Shown here: in pieces, positions 26,249 to 39,400 of the stretch
Layout: each line of letters starts with the position of its first letter
Position numbering within the stretch: position 1 is the first letter of the stretch
NCBI GenBank assembly: GCA_040954595.2
Contig: CM082586.2
Span: 1,803,124 to 1,867,123, forward strand
DNA length: 64,000 bases
Direction of reading: 5' to 3'
Source of the DNA: Balanoglossus misakiensis
Taxonomy: Eukaryota; Animalia; Hemichordata
Translations under genes and position numbers: made by a program
Notes under the pieces: model-generated
The model's input: only the letters and a program-made list of their open reading frames with translations
Database searches by the model: none
What the model was told of the DNA's origin: nothing

Positions 26249-27386
26249 CTTTGCATTTTACGGGAATTTTAAATTCCGAAGTCTTTGAACTTTTTTACTT
26301 ATGTGTTTTACTCAGTGGGAGGCGATCGGATCAAACCAAGCCACACCAGGTGACCTCTATTTTAATATGCCAATCACAAGGTATGATCCTAAGACACTGC
26401 CACCATACGGCAAAATAGTCCGTGCAAGAAATATGCACTCTGTTACTTCTAATGTTGCACTGTATTTTCCGCAAGAAATCGCAAATTGTTTGAAATTCGA
26501 GTTGTTTTTAATTCGGTCCTATTTTAAAGGCACTGTGGTTGTGTGCTTGAAACAAGAAGATTCACACAAAATTGTCTGATTTCAAGTTGGCACTTCTTCC
26601 GAGGTCTTTGCCACACTGTGTTGTATGTGTCGACGTCATAGTGGAAGTTCTTCAAACGAATCCCGCACAAGTGTTCTACAATATCCTTGCTCCAGATTTT
26701 TAAAGGCAAAAAAGGTTGAAGATAAAAATCGACGTTTTAAAATCAGGGATCATGTTGTAATGAAATGTTGAAAATGATATTGTTTTGACGTGTTTGTGCG
26801 TGCCTACTGTCTTGTTGTATCAGACTTCACTAAGAATATATACTATGTATAAATTCATTATTTAGGTTGTAAATTTGCATGTATTTATTTTATTTAGGAT
26901 AGTTTTAATTCAGATAGCGAGAGAGGCTGTCTCTAAGAGACGTTGTATATGATGTACGAAGAAACTGCTGTCATAGCGCCCTCTGTCCCGAAATGCTCAG
27001 GGTGCTTTTGTTTTTGTTTATACTTATGTTTTTACACAGATGAGGTATACTGGCTACTCACGTTTTAAAATCGCTCGTATTTATTCTTTAACTGATCGTG
27101 CTTTTATTCAGGACGAGTCTTTTAAGTGTATTTGAGAAATAGTATGGTATTTAAATTGCGATGTTGAATACTTTGGGCTGAGACATTACAGGAATGTTTT
27201 AGATAAGCGAGCTTGATCCTGTCTGGATATTAAGTGACAGGGGTGAGTTACTCAGACTTAGACAATGCCTAATTTTATGACCAGTCGGTTTTAACGGAGA
27301 GACAAGCTTGACCTTGAACCCGAAAGTTAAGACATTCCTTCTTGTATAAAGCTGATGTTAAAAATTTATCTTCCTTGGAACTATGA

Positions 27387-27392
27387 AATAAA
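27387..27392 (+). terminator. Likely BMP5-8 polyadenylation signal
   Basis: AATAAA about 1.1 kb after the stop, followed by a GT-rich tract (gcgtgtgtgtct); the 3' UTR has several ATTTA motifs. Confidence 0.6.
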
Positions 27393-27467
27393 GTGTCCGT
27401 AGACTTAAAAATTGTATGCGTGTGTGTCTTCATTTTCACCGTCCATGTCCATTTTTTAAAAGAAATT

Positions 27468-30400
27468 CATGGGTTATAGCTCAGGAAAATCATCAAAAAA
27501 TGAGAATTTTTCGACTTTGCGAATTTTCAAAATTTGGTCGATTTTTGAAAAAACCATGGGTTATAGCTCAGGAAAATCATCAAAAATGAGAATTTTTCGA
27601 CTTTGCGAATTTTCAAAATTTCGTCGATTTTTGAAAAAACCATGGGTTATAGCTCAGGAAAATCATCAAAAAATGAGAATTTTTCGACTTTGCGAATTTT
27701 CAAAATGTGGTCGATTTTTGAAAACAACATGGGCTATAGCTCAGGAAAATCATCAAAAAATGAGAATTTTTCGACTTTGCGAATTTTCAAAATTTGGTCG
27801 ATTTTTGAAAAAACCATGGGTTATAGCTCAGGAAAATCATCAAAAAATGAGAATTTTTCGACTTTGCGAATTTTCAAAATTTGGTCGATTTTTGAAAAAA
27901 CCATGGGTTATAGCTCAGGAAAATCATCAAAAAATGAGAATTTTTCGACTTTGCGAATTTTCAAAATTTGGTCGATTTTTGAAAAAACCATGGGTTATAG
28001 CTCAGGAAAATCATCAAAAAATGAGAATTTTTCGACTTTGCGAATTTTCAAAATTTGGTCGATTTTTGAAAAAACCATGGGTTATAGCTCAGGAAAATCA
28101 TCAAAAAATGAGAATTTTTCGACTTTGCGAATTTTCAAAATTTGGTCGATTTTTGAAAAAACCATGGGTTATAGCTCAGGAAAATCATCAAAAAATGAGA
28201 ATTTTTCGACTTTGCGAATTTTCAAAATTTGGTCGATTTTTGAAAAAACCATGGGTTATAGCTCAGGAAAATCATCAAAAAATGAGAATTTTTCGACTTT
28301 GCGAATTTTCAAAATTTAGTCGATTTTTGAAAAAACCATGGGTTATAGCTCAGGAAAATCATCAAAAAATGAGAATTTTTCGACTTTGCGAATTTTCAAA
28401 ATTTGGTCGATTTTTGAAAAAACCATGGGTTATAGCTCAGGAAAATCATCAAAAAATGAGAATTTTTCGACATTGCGAATTTTCAAAATTTGGTCGATTT
28501 TTGAAAAAACCATGGGTTATAGCTCAGGAAAATCATCAAAAAATGAGAATTTTTCGACTTTGCGAATTTTCAAAATTTGGTCGATTTTTGAAAAAACCAT
28601 GGGTTATAGCTCAGGAAAATCATCAAAAAATGAGAATTTTTCGACTTTTCGAATTTTCAAAATTTGGTCGATTTTTGAAAAAACCATGGGTTATAGCTCA
28701 GGAAAATCATCAAAAAATGAGAATTTTTCGACTTTGCGAATTTTCAAAATTTGGTCGATTTTTGAAAAAACCATGGGTTATAGCTCAGGAAAATCATCAA
28801 AAAATGAGAATTTTTCGACTTTGCGAATTTTCAAAATTTGGTCGATTTTTGAAAAAACCATGGGTTATAGCTCAGGAAAATCATCAAAAAATGAGAATTT
28901 TTCGACTTTGCGAATTTTCAAAATTTGGTCGATTTTTGAAAAAACCATGGGTTATAGCTCAGGAAAATCATCAAAAAATGAGAATTTTTCGACTTTGCGA
29001 ATTTTCAAAATTTGGTCGATTTTTGAAAAAACCATGGGTTATAGCTCAGGAAAATCATCAAAAAATGAGAATTTTTCGACTTTGCGAATTTTCAAAATTT
29101 GGTCGATTTTTGAAAAAACCATGGGTTATAGCTCAGGAAAATCATCAAAAAATGAGAATTTTTCGACTTTGCGAATTTTCAAAATTTGGTCGATTTTTGA
29201 AAAAACCATGGGTTATAGCTCAGGAAAATCATCAAAAAATGAGAATTTTTCGACTTTGCGAATTTTCAAAATTTAGTCGATTTTTGAAAAAACCATGGGT
29301 TATAGCTCAGGAAAATCATCAAAAAATGAGAATTTTTCGACTTTGCGAATTTTCAAAATTTGGTCGATTTTTGAAAAAACCATGGGTTATAGCTCAGGAA
29401 AATCATCAAAAAATGAGAATTTTTCGACATTGCGAATTTTCAAAATTTGGTCGATTTTTGAAAAAACCATGGGTTATAGCTCAGGAAAATCATCAAAAAA
29501 TGAGAATTTTTCGACTTTGCGAATTTTCAAAATTTGGTCGATTTTTGAAAAAACCATGGGTTATAGCTCAGGAAAATCATCAAAAAATGAGAATTTTTCG
29601 ACTTTGCGAATTTTCAAAATTTGGTCGATTTTTGAAAAAACCATGGGTTATAGCTCAGGAAAATCATCAAAAAATGAGAATTTTTCGACTTTGCGAATTT
29701 TCAAAATTTGGTCGATTTTTGAAAAAACCATGGGTTATAGCTCAGGAAAATCATCAAAAAATGAGAATTTTTCGACTTTGCGAATTTTCAAAATTTGGTC
29801 GATTTTTGAAAAAACCATGGGTTATAGCTCAGGAAAATCATCAAAAAATGAGAATTTTTCGACTTTGCGAATTTTCAAAATTTGGTCGATTTTTGAAAAA
29901 ACCATGGGTTATAGCTCAGGAAAATCATCAAAAAATGAGAATTTTTCGACTTTGCGAATTTTCAAAATTTGGTCGATTTTTGAAAAAACCATGGGTTATA
30001 GCTCAGGAAAATCATCAAAAAATGAGAATTTTTCGACTTTGCGAATTTTCAAAATTTGGTCGATTTTAGAAAAAACCATGGGTTATAGCTCAGGAAAATC
30101 ATCAAAAAATGAGAATTTTTCGACTTTGCGAATTTTCAAAATTTGGTCGATTTTTGAAAAAACCATGGGTTATAGCTCAGGAAAATCATCAAAAAATGAG
30201 AATTTTTCGACTTTGCGAATTTTCAAAATTTGGTCGATTTTTGAAAAAACCATGGGTTATAGCTCAGGAAAATCATCAAAAAATGAGAATTTTTCGACTT
30301 TGCGAATTTTCAAAATTTGGTCGATTTTTGAAAAAACCATGGGTTATAGCTCAGGAAAATCATCAAAAAATGAGAATTTTTCGACTTTGCGAATTTTCAA

Positions 30401-33400
30401 AATTTGGTCGATTTTTGAAAAAACCATGGGTTATAGCTCAGGAAAATCATCAAAAAATGAGAATTTTTCGACTTTGCGAATTTTCAAAATTTGGTCGATT
30501 TTTGAAAAAACCATGGGTTATAGCTCAGGAAAATCATCAAAAAATGAGAATTTTTCGACTTTGCGAATTTTCAAAATTTGGTCGATTTTTGAAAAAACCA
30601 TGGGTTATAGCTCAGGAAAATCATCAAAAAATGAGAATTTTTCGACTTTGCGAATTTTCAAAATTTGGTCGATTTTTGAAAAAACCATGGGCTATAGCTC
30701 AGGAAAATCATCAAAAAATGAGAATTTTTCGACTTTGCGAATTTTCAAAATTTGGTCGATTTTTGAAAAAACCATGGGCTATAGCTCAGGAAAATCATCA
30801 AAAAATGAGAATTTTTCGACTTTGCGAATTTTCAAAATGTGGTCGATTTTTGAAAAAACCATGGGTTATAGCTCAGGAAAATCGCGAAAAATCGACGATT
30901 TTTCGACTTTGCGATTTTTCAAAATTTGGTCGATTTTTGAAAAAACCATGGGTTATAGCTCAGGAAAATCATCAAAAATGAGAATTTTTCGACTTTGCGA
31001 ATTTTCAAAATTTCGTCGATTTTTGAAAAAAACATGGGTTATAGCTCAGGAAAATCATCAAAAAATGAGAATTTTTCGACTTTGCGAATTTTCAAAATGT
31101 GGTCGATTTTTGAAAAAACCATGGGTTATAGCTCAGGAAAATCATCAAAAAATGAGAATTTTTCGACTTTGCGAATTTTCAAAATTTGGTCGATTTTTGA
31201 AATAACCATGGGTTATAGCTCAGGAAAATCATCAAAAAAGAGAATTTTTCGACTTTGCGAATTTTCAAAATTTGGTCGATTTTTGAAAAAAACCATGGGT
31301 TATAGCTCAGGAAAATCATCAAAAAATGAGAATTTTTCGACTTTGCGAATTTTCAAAATTTGGTCGATTTTGAAAAAACCATGGGTTATAGCTCAGGAAA
31401 ATCATCAAAAAATGAGAATTTTTCGACTTTGCGAATTTTCAAAATTTGGTCGATTTTTGAAAAAACCATGGGTTATAGCTCAGGAAAATCATCAAAAAAT
31501 GAGAATTTTTCGACTTTGCGAATTTTCAAAATTTGGTCGATTTTGAAAAAACCATGGGTTATAGCTCAGGAAAATCATCAAAAAATGAGAATTTTTCGAC
31601 TTTGCGAATTTTCAAAATTTGGTCGATTTTTGAAAAAACCATGGGTTATAGCTCAGGAAAATCATCAAAAAATGAGAATTTTCGACTTTGCGAATTTTCA
31701 AAATTTGGTCGATTTTTGAAAAAACCATGGGTTATAGCTCAGGAAAATCATCAAAAAATGAGAATTTTTCGACTTTGCGAATTTTCAAAATTTGGTCGAT
31801 TTTTGAAAAAACCATGGGTTATAGCTCAGGAAAATCATCAAAAAATGAGAATTTTTCGACTTTGCGAATTTTCAAAATTTGGTCGATTTTTGAAAAAACC
31901 ATGGGTTATAGCTCAGGAAAATCATCAAAAAATGAGAATTTTTCGACTTTGCGAATTTTCAAAATGTGGTCGATTTTTGAAAAACCATGGGTTATAGCTC
32001 AGGAAAATCGCGAAAAATCGACGATTTTTCGACTTTGCGATTTTTCAAAATTTGGTCGATTTTGAAAAAACCATGGGTTATAGCTCAGGAAAATCATCAA
32101 AAATGAGAATTTTTCGACTTTGCGAATTTTCAAAATTTCGTCGATTTTTGAAAAAAACATGGGTTATAGCTCAGGAAAATCATCAAAAAATGAGAATTTT
32201 TCGACTTTGCGAATTTTCAAAATGTGGTCGATTTTTGAAAAAACCATGGGTTATAGCTCAGGAAAATCATCAAAAAATGAGAATTTTTCGACTTTGCGAA
32301 TTTTCAAAATTTGGTCGATTTTTGAAATAACCATGGGTTATAGCTCAGGAAAATCATCAAAAAAGAGAATTTTTTCGACTTTGCGAATTTTCAAAATTTG
32401 GTCGATTTTGAAAAAACCATGGGTTATAGCTCAGGAAAATCATCAAAAAATGAGAATTTTTCGACTTTGCGAATTTTCAAAATTTGGTCGATTTTTGAAA
32501 AAACCATGGGTTATAGCTCAGGAAAATCATCAAAAAATGAGAATTTTTCGACTTTGCGAATTTTCAAAATTTGGTCGATTTTTGAAAAAAACCATGGGTT
32601 ATAGCTCAGGAAAATCATCAAAAAATGAGAATTTTTCGACTTTGCGAATTTTCAAAATTTGGTCGATTTTTGAAAAAACCATGGGTTATAGCTCAGGAAA
32701 ATCATCAAAAAATGAGAATTTTTCGACTTTGCGAATTTTCAAAATTTGGTCGATTTTTGAAAAAACCATGGGTTATAGCTCAGGAAAATCATCAAAAAAT
32801 GAGAATTTTTCGACTTTGCGAATTTTCAAAATTTGGTCGATTTTTGAAAAAACCATGGGTTATAGCTCAGGAAAATCATCAAAAAATGAGAATTTTTCGA
32901 CTTTGCGAATTTTCAAAATTTGGTCGATTTTTGAAAAAACCATGGGTTATAGCTCAGGAAAATCATCAAAAAATGAGAATTTTTCGACTTTGCGAATTTT
33001 CAAAATTTGGTCGATTTTTGAAAAACCATGGGTTATAGCTCAGGAAAATCATCAAAAAATGAGAATTTTTCGACTTTGCGAATTTTCAAAATTTGGTCGA
33101 TTTTTGAAAAAACCATGGGTTATAGCTCAGGAAAATCATCAAAAAATGAGAATTTTTCGACTTTGCGAATTTTCAAAATTTGGTCGATTTTTGAAAAAAC
33201 CATGGGCTATAGCTCAGGAAAATCATCAAAAATCATCAAAAATGAGAATTTTCGACTTTGCGAATTTTCAAAATTTCGTCGATTTTTGAAAAAACCATGG
33301 GTTATAGCTCAGGAAAATCATCAAAAATGAGAATTTTTCGACTTTGCGAATTTTCAAAATTTGTCGATTTTTGAAAAACCATGGGTTATAGCTCAGGAAA

Positions 33401-36400
33401 ATCATCAAAAAAATGAGAATTTTTCGACTTTGCGAATTTTCAAAATGTGGTCGATTTTTGAAAAAAACCATGGGTTATAGCTCAGGAAAATCATCAAAAA
33501 TGAGAATTTTCGACTTTGCGAATTTTCAAAATTTCGGTCGATTTTTGAAAAAACCATGGGTTATAGCTCAGGAAAATCATCAAAAAATGAGAATTTTTCG
33601 ACTTTGCGAATTTTCAAAATTTGGTCGATTTTTGAAAAAACCATGGGTTATAGCTCAGGAAAATCATCAAAAAATGAGAATTTTTCGACTTTGCGAATTT
33701 TCAAAATTTGGTCGATTTTTAAAAAACCATGGGTTATAGCTCAGGAAAATCATCAAAAAATGAGAATTTTTCGACTTTGCGAATTTTCAAAATTTGGTCG
33801 ATTTTTGAAAAAACCATGGGTTATAGCTCAGGAAAATCATCAAAAAATGAGAATTTTTCGACTTTACGAATTTTCAAAATTTGGTCGATTTTTGAAAAAA
33901 GCAGGGTTATAGCTCAGGAAAATCATCAAAAAATGAGAATTTTTCGACTTTGCGAATTTTCAAAATTTGGTCGATTTTTGAAAAAACCATGGGTTATAGC
34001 TCAGGAAAATCATCAAAAAATGAGAATTTTTCGACTTTGCGAATTTTCAAAATTTGGTCGATTTTTGAAAAAAGCATGGGTTATAGCTCAGGAAAATCAT
34101 CAAAAAAATGAGAATTTTTCGACTTTGCGAATTTTCAAAATTTGGTCGATTTTAGAAAAAACCATGGGTTATAGCTCAGGAAAATCATCAAAAAATGAGA
34201 ATTTTTCGACTTTGCGATTTTCAAAATTTGGTCGATTTTTGAAAAAACCATGGGTTATAGCTCAGGAAAATCATCAAAAAATGAGAATTTTTCGACTTTG
34301 CGAATTTTCAAAATTTGGTCGATTTTTGAAAAAACCATGGGTTATAGCTCAGGAAAATCATCAAAAAATGAGAATTTTTCGACTTTGCGAATTTTCAAAA
34401 TTTGGTCGATTTTTGAAAAAACCATGGTTATAGCTCAGGAAAATCATCAAAAAATGAGAATTTTTCGACTTTGCGAATTTTCAAAATTTGGTCGATTTTT
34501 GAAAAAACCATGGGTTATAGCTCAGGAAAATCATCAAAAAATGAGAATTTTTCGACTTTGCGAATTTTCAAATTTGGTCGATTTTTGAAAAAACCATGGG
34601 TTATAGCTCAGGAAAATCATCAAAAAATGAGAATTTTTCGACTTTGCGAATTTTCAAAATTTGGTCGATTTTTGAAAAAACCATGGGTTATAGCTCAGGA
34701 AAATCATCAAAAATGAGAATTTTTCGACTTTGCGAATTTTCAAAATTTGGTCGATTTTTGAAAAAACCATGGGTTATAGCTCAGGAAAATCATCAAAAAA
34801 TGAGAATTTTTCGACTTTGCGAATTTTCAAAATTTGGTCGATTTTTGAAAAAACCATGGGTTATAGCTCAGGAAATCATCAAAAAATGAGAATTTTTCGA
34901 CTTTGCGAATTTTCAAAATTTGGTCGATTTTTGAAAAAACCATGGGTTATAGCTCAGGAAAATCATCAAAAAATGAGAATTTTTCGACTTTGCGAATTTT
35001 CAAAATTTGGTCGATTTTTGAAAAAACCATGGGTTATAGCTCAGGAAAAATCATCAAAAAATGAGAATTTTTCGACTTGCGAATTTTCAAAATTTGGTCG
35101 ATTTTGAAAAACCATGGGTTATAGCTCAGGAAAATCATCAAAAAATGAGAATTTTTCGACTTTGCGAATTTTCAAAATTTGGTCGATTTTTGAAAAAACC
35201 ATGGGTTATAGCTCAGGAAAATCATCAAAAAATGAGAATTTTTCGACTTTGCGAATTTTCAAAATTTGGTCGATTTTTGAAAAAACCATGGGTTATAGCT
35301 CAGGAAAATCATCAAAAAATGAGAATTTTTCGACTTTGCGAATTTTCAAAATTTGGTCGATTTTTGAAAAAACCATGGGTTATAGCTCAGGAAAATCATC
35401 AAAAAATGAGAATTTTTCGACTTTGCGAATTTTCAAAATTTGGTCGATTTTTGAAAAAACCATGGGCTATAGCTCAGGAAAATCATCAAAAAATGAGAAT
35501 TTTTCGACTTTGCGAATTTTCAAAATTTGGTCGATTTTTGAAAAAACCATGGGCTATAGCTCAGGAAAATCATCAAAAAAATGAGAATTTTTCGACTTTG
35601 CGAATTTTCAAAATTTGGTCGATTTTTGAAAAAACCATGGGCTATAGCTCAGGAAAATCATCAAAAATGAGAATTTTTCGACTTTGCGAATTTTCAAAAT
35701 TTGGTCGATTTTTGAAAAAACCATGGGCTATAGCTCAGGAAAATCATCAAAAAATGAGAATTTTCGACTTTGCGAATTTTCAAAATTTGGTCGATTTTTG
35801 AAAAAAACCATGGGCTATAGCTCAGGAAAATCATCAAAAAATGAGAATTTTTCGACCTTTGCGAATTTTCAAAATTTGGTCGATTTTTGAAAAAAACCAT
35901 GGGTTATAGCTCAGGAAAATCCATCAAAAAATGAGAATTTTTCGACTTTGCGAATTTTCAAAGTTTGGTCGATTTTTGAAAAAACCATGGGTTATAGCTC
36001 AGGAAAATCATCAAAAAATGAGAAATTTTTCGACTTTGCGAATTTTCAAAATTTGGTCGATTTTTGAAAAAACCATGGGTTATAGCTCAGGAAAATCATC
36101 AAAAAATGAGAATTTTTCGACTTTGCGAATTTTCAAAATTTGGTCGATTTTTGAAAAAACCATGGGTTATAGCTCAGGAAAATCATCAAAAAATGAGAAT
36201 TTTTCGACTTGCGAATATTCAAAATTTGGTCGATTTTTGAAAAAACCATGGGTTATAGCTCAGGAAAATCATCAAAAAATGAGAATTTTTCGACTTTGCG
36301 AATTTTCAAAATTTGGTCGATTTTTGAAAAAACCATGGGTTATAGCTCAGGAAAATCATCAAAAAATGAGAATTTTTCGACTTTGCGAATTTTCAAAATT

Positions 36401-39400
36401 TGGTCGATTTTTGAAAAAACCATGGGTTATAGCTCAGGAAAATCATCAAAAAATGAGAATTTTTCGACTTTGCGAATTTTCAAAATTTGGTCGATTTTTG
36501 AAAAAACCATGGGTTATAGCTCAGGAAAATCATCAAAAAATGAGAATTTTTTCGACTTTGCGAATATTCAAAATTTGGTCGATTTTTGAAAAAACCATGG
36601 GTTATAGCTCAGGAAAATCATCAAAAAATGAGAATTTTTCGACTTTGCGAATTTTCAAAATTTGGTCGATTTTTGAAAAAACCATGGGTTATAGCTCAGG
36701 AAAATCATCAAAAAATGAGAATTTTTCGACTTTGCGAATTTTCAAAATTTGGTCGATTTTTGAAAAAACCATGGGTTATAGCTCAGGAAAATCATCAAAA
36801 AATGAGAATTTTTCGACTTTGCGAATTTTCAAAATTTGGTCGATTTTTGAAAAACCATGGTTATAGCTCAGGAAAATCATCAAAAAATGAGAATTTTTCG
36901 ACTTTGCGAATTTCAAAATTTGGTCGATTTTTTGAAAAAACCATGGGTTATAGCTCAGGAAAATCATCAAAAAATGAGAATTTTTCGACTTTGCGAATTT
37001 TCAAAATTTGGTCGATTTTTGAAAAAACCATGGGTTATAGCTCAGGAAATCATCAAAAAATGAGAATTTTTCGACTTTGCGAATTTTCAAAATTTGGTCG
37101 ATTTTTGAAAAAACCATGGGTTATAGCTCAGGAAAATCATCAAAAAATGAGAATTTTTCGACTTTGCGAATTTTCAAAATTTGGTCGATTTTTGAAAAAA
37201 CCATGGGTTATAGCTCAGGAAAATCATCAAAAAAATGAGAATTTTTCGACTTTGCGAATTTTCAAAATTTGGTCGATTTTTGAAAAAACCATGGGTTATA
37301 GCTCAGGAAAATCATCAAAAAATGAGAATTTTTCGACTTTGCGAATTTTCAAAATTTGGTCGATTTTTGAAAAAACCATGGGTTATAGCTCAGAAAATCA
37401 TCAAAAAATGAGAATTTTTCGACTTTGCGAATTTTCAAAATTTGGTCGATTTTTGAAAAAACCATGGGTTATAGCTCAGGAAAATCATCAAAAAATGAGA
37501 ATTTTTCGACTTTGCGAATTTTCAAAATTTGGTCGATTTTTGAAAAAACCATGGGTTATAGCTCAGGAAAATCATCAAAAAATGAGAATTTTTCGACTTT
37601 GCGAATTTTCAAAATTTGGTCGATTTTTGAAAAACCATGGGTTATAGCTCAGGAAAATCATCAAAAATGAGAATTTTTCGACTTTGCGAATTTTCAAAAT
37701 TTGGTCGATTTTTGAAAAAACCATGGGTTATTATAGCTCAGGAAAATCATCAAAAAATGAGAATTTTTCGACTTTGCGAATTTTCAAAATTTGGTCGATT
37801 TTTGAAAAAACCATGGGTTATAGCTCAGGAAAATCATCAAAAAATGAGAATTTTTCGACTTTGCGAATTTTCAAAATTTGGTCGATTTTTGAAAAAACAT
37901 GGGTTATAGCTCAGGAAAATCATCAAAAAATGAGAATTTTTCGACTTTGCGAATTTTCAAAATTTGGTCGATTTTGAAAAAACCATGGGTTATAGCTCAG
38001 GAAAATCATCAAAAAATGAGAATTTTTCGACTTTGCGAATTTTCAAAATTTGGTCGATTTTTGAAAAAACCATGGGTTATAGCTCAGGAAAATCATCAAA
38101 AAATGAGAATTTTTCGACTTTGCGAATTTTCAAAATTTGGTCGATTTTTGAAAAAAACATGGGTTATAGCTCAGGAAAATCATCAAAAAATGAGAATTTT
38201 TCGACTTTGCGAATTTTCAAAATTTGGTCGGATTTTTGAAAAAACCATGGGCTATAGCTCAGGAAAATCATCAAAAAATGAGAATTTTTCGACTTTGCGA
38301 ATTTTCAAAATTTGGTCGATTTTTGAAAAAACCATGGGCTATAGCTCAGGAAAATCATCAAAAAATGAGAATTTTTCGACTTTGCGAATTTTCAAAATTT
38401 GGTCGATTTTGAAAAAACCATGGGCTATAGCTCAGGAAAATCATCAAAAAATGAGAATTTTTCGACTTTGCGAATTTTCAAAATTTGGTCGATTTTTGAA
38501 AAAAACCATGGGCTATAGCTCAGGAAAATCATCAAAAAATGAGAATTTTTCGACTTTGCGAATTTTCAAAATTTGGTCGATTTTTGAAAAAACCATGGGC
38601 TATAGCTCAGGAAAATCATCAAAAAATGAGAATTTTTTCGACTTTGCGAATTTTCAAAATTTGGTCGATTTTTGAAAAAACCATGGGCTATAGCTCAGGA
38701 AAATCATCAAAAAATGAGAATTTTTCGACTTTGCGAATTTTCAAAATTTGGTCGATTTTTGAAAAAACCATGGGTTATAGCTCAGGAAAATCATCAAAAA
38801 ATGAGAATTTTTCGACTTTGCGAATTTTCAAAATTTGGTCGATTTTTGAAAAAACCATGGCTATAGCTCAGGAAAATCATCAAAAAATGAGAATTTTTCG
38901 ACTTTGCGAATTTTCAAAATTTGGTCGATTTTTGAAAAAACCATGGGCTATAGCTCAGGAAAATCATCAAAAAATGAGAATTTTTCGACTTTGCGAATTT
39001 TCAAAATTTGGTCGATTTTTGAAAAAACCATGGGTTATAGCTCAGGAAAATCATCAAAAAATGAGAATTTTTCGACTTTGCGAATTTACAAAATTTGGTC
39101 GATTTTTTGAAAAAACCATGGGCTATAGCTCAGGAAAATCATCAAAAAATGAGAATTTTTCGACTTTTCGAATTTTCAAAATTTGGTCGATTTTTGAAAA
39201 AACCATGGGCTATAGCTCAGGAAAATCATCAAAAAATGAGAATTTTTCGACTTTGCGAATTTTCAAAATTTGGTCGATTTTTGAAAAAACCATGGGCTAT
39301 AGCTCAGGAAAATCATCAAAAAATGAGAATTTTTCGACTTTGCGAATTTTCAAAAATTTGGTCGATTTTTGAAAAAACCATGGGAAAATCATCAAAAAAT

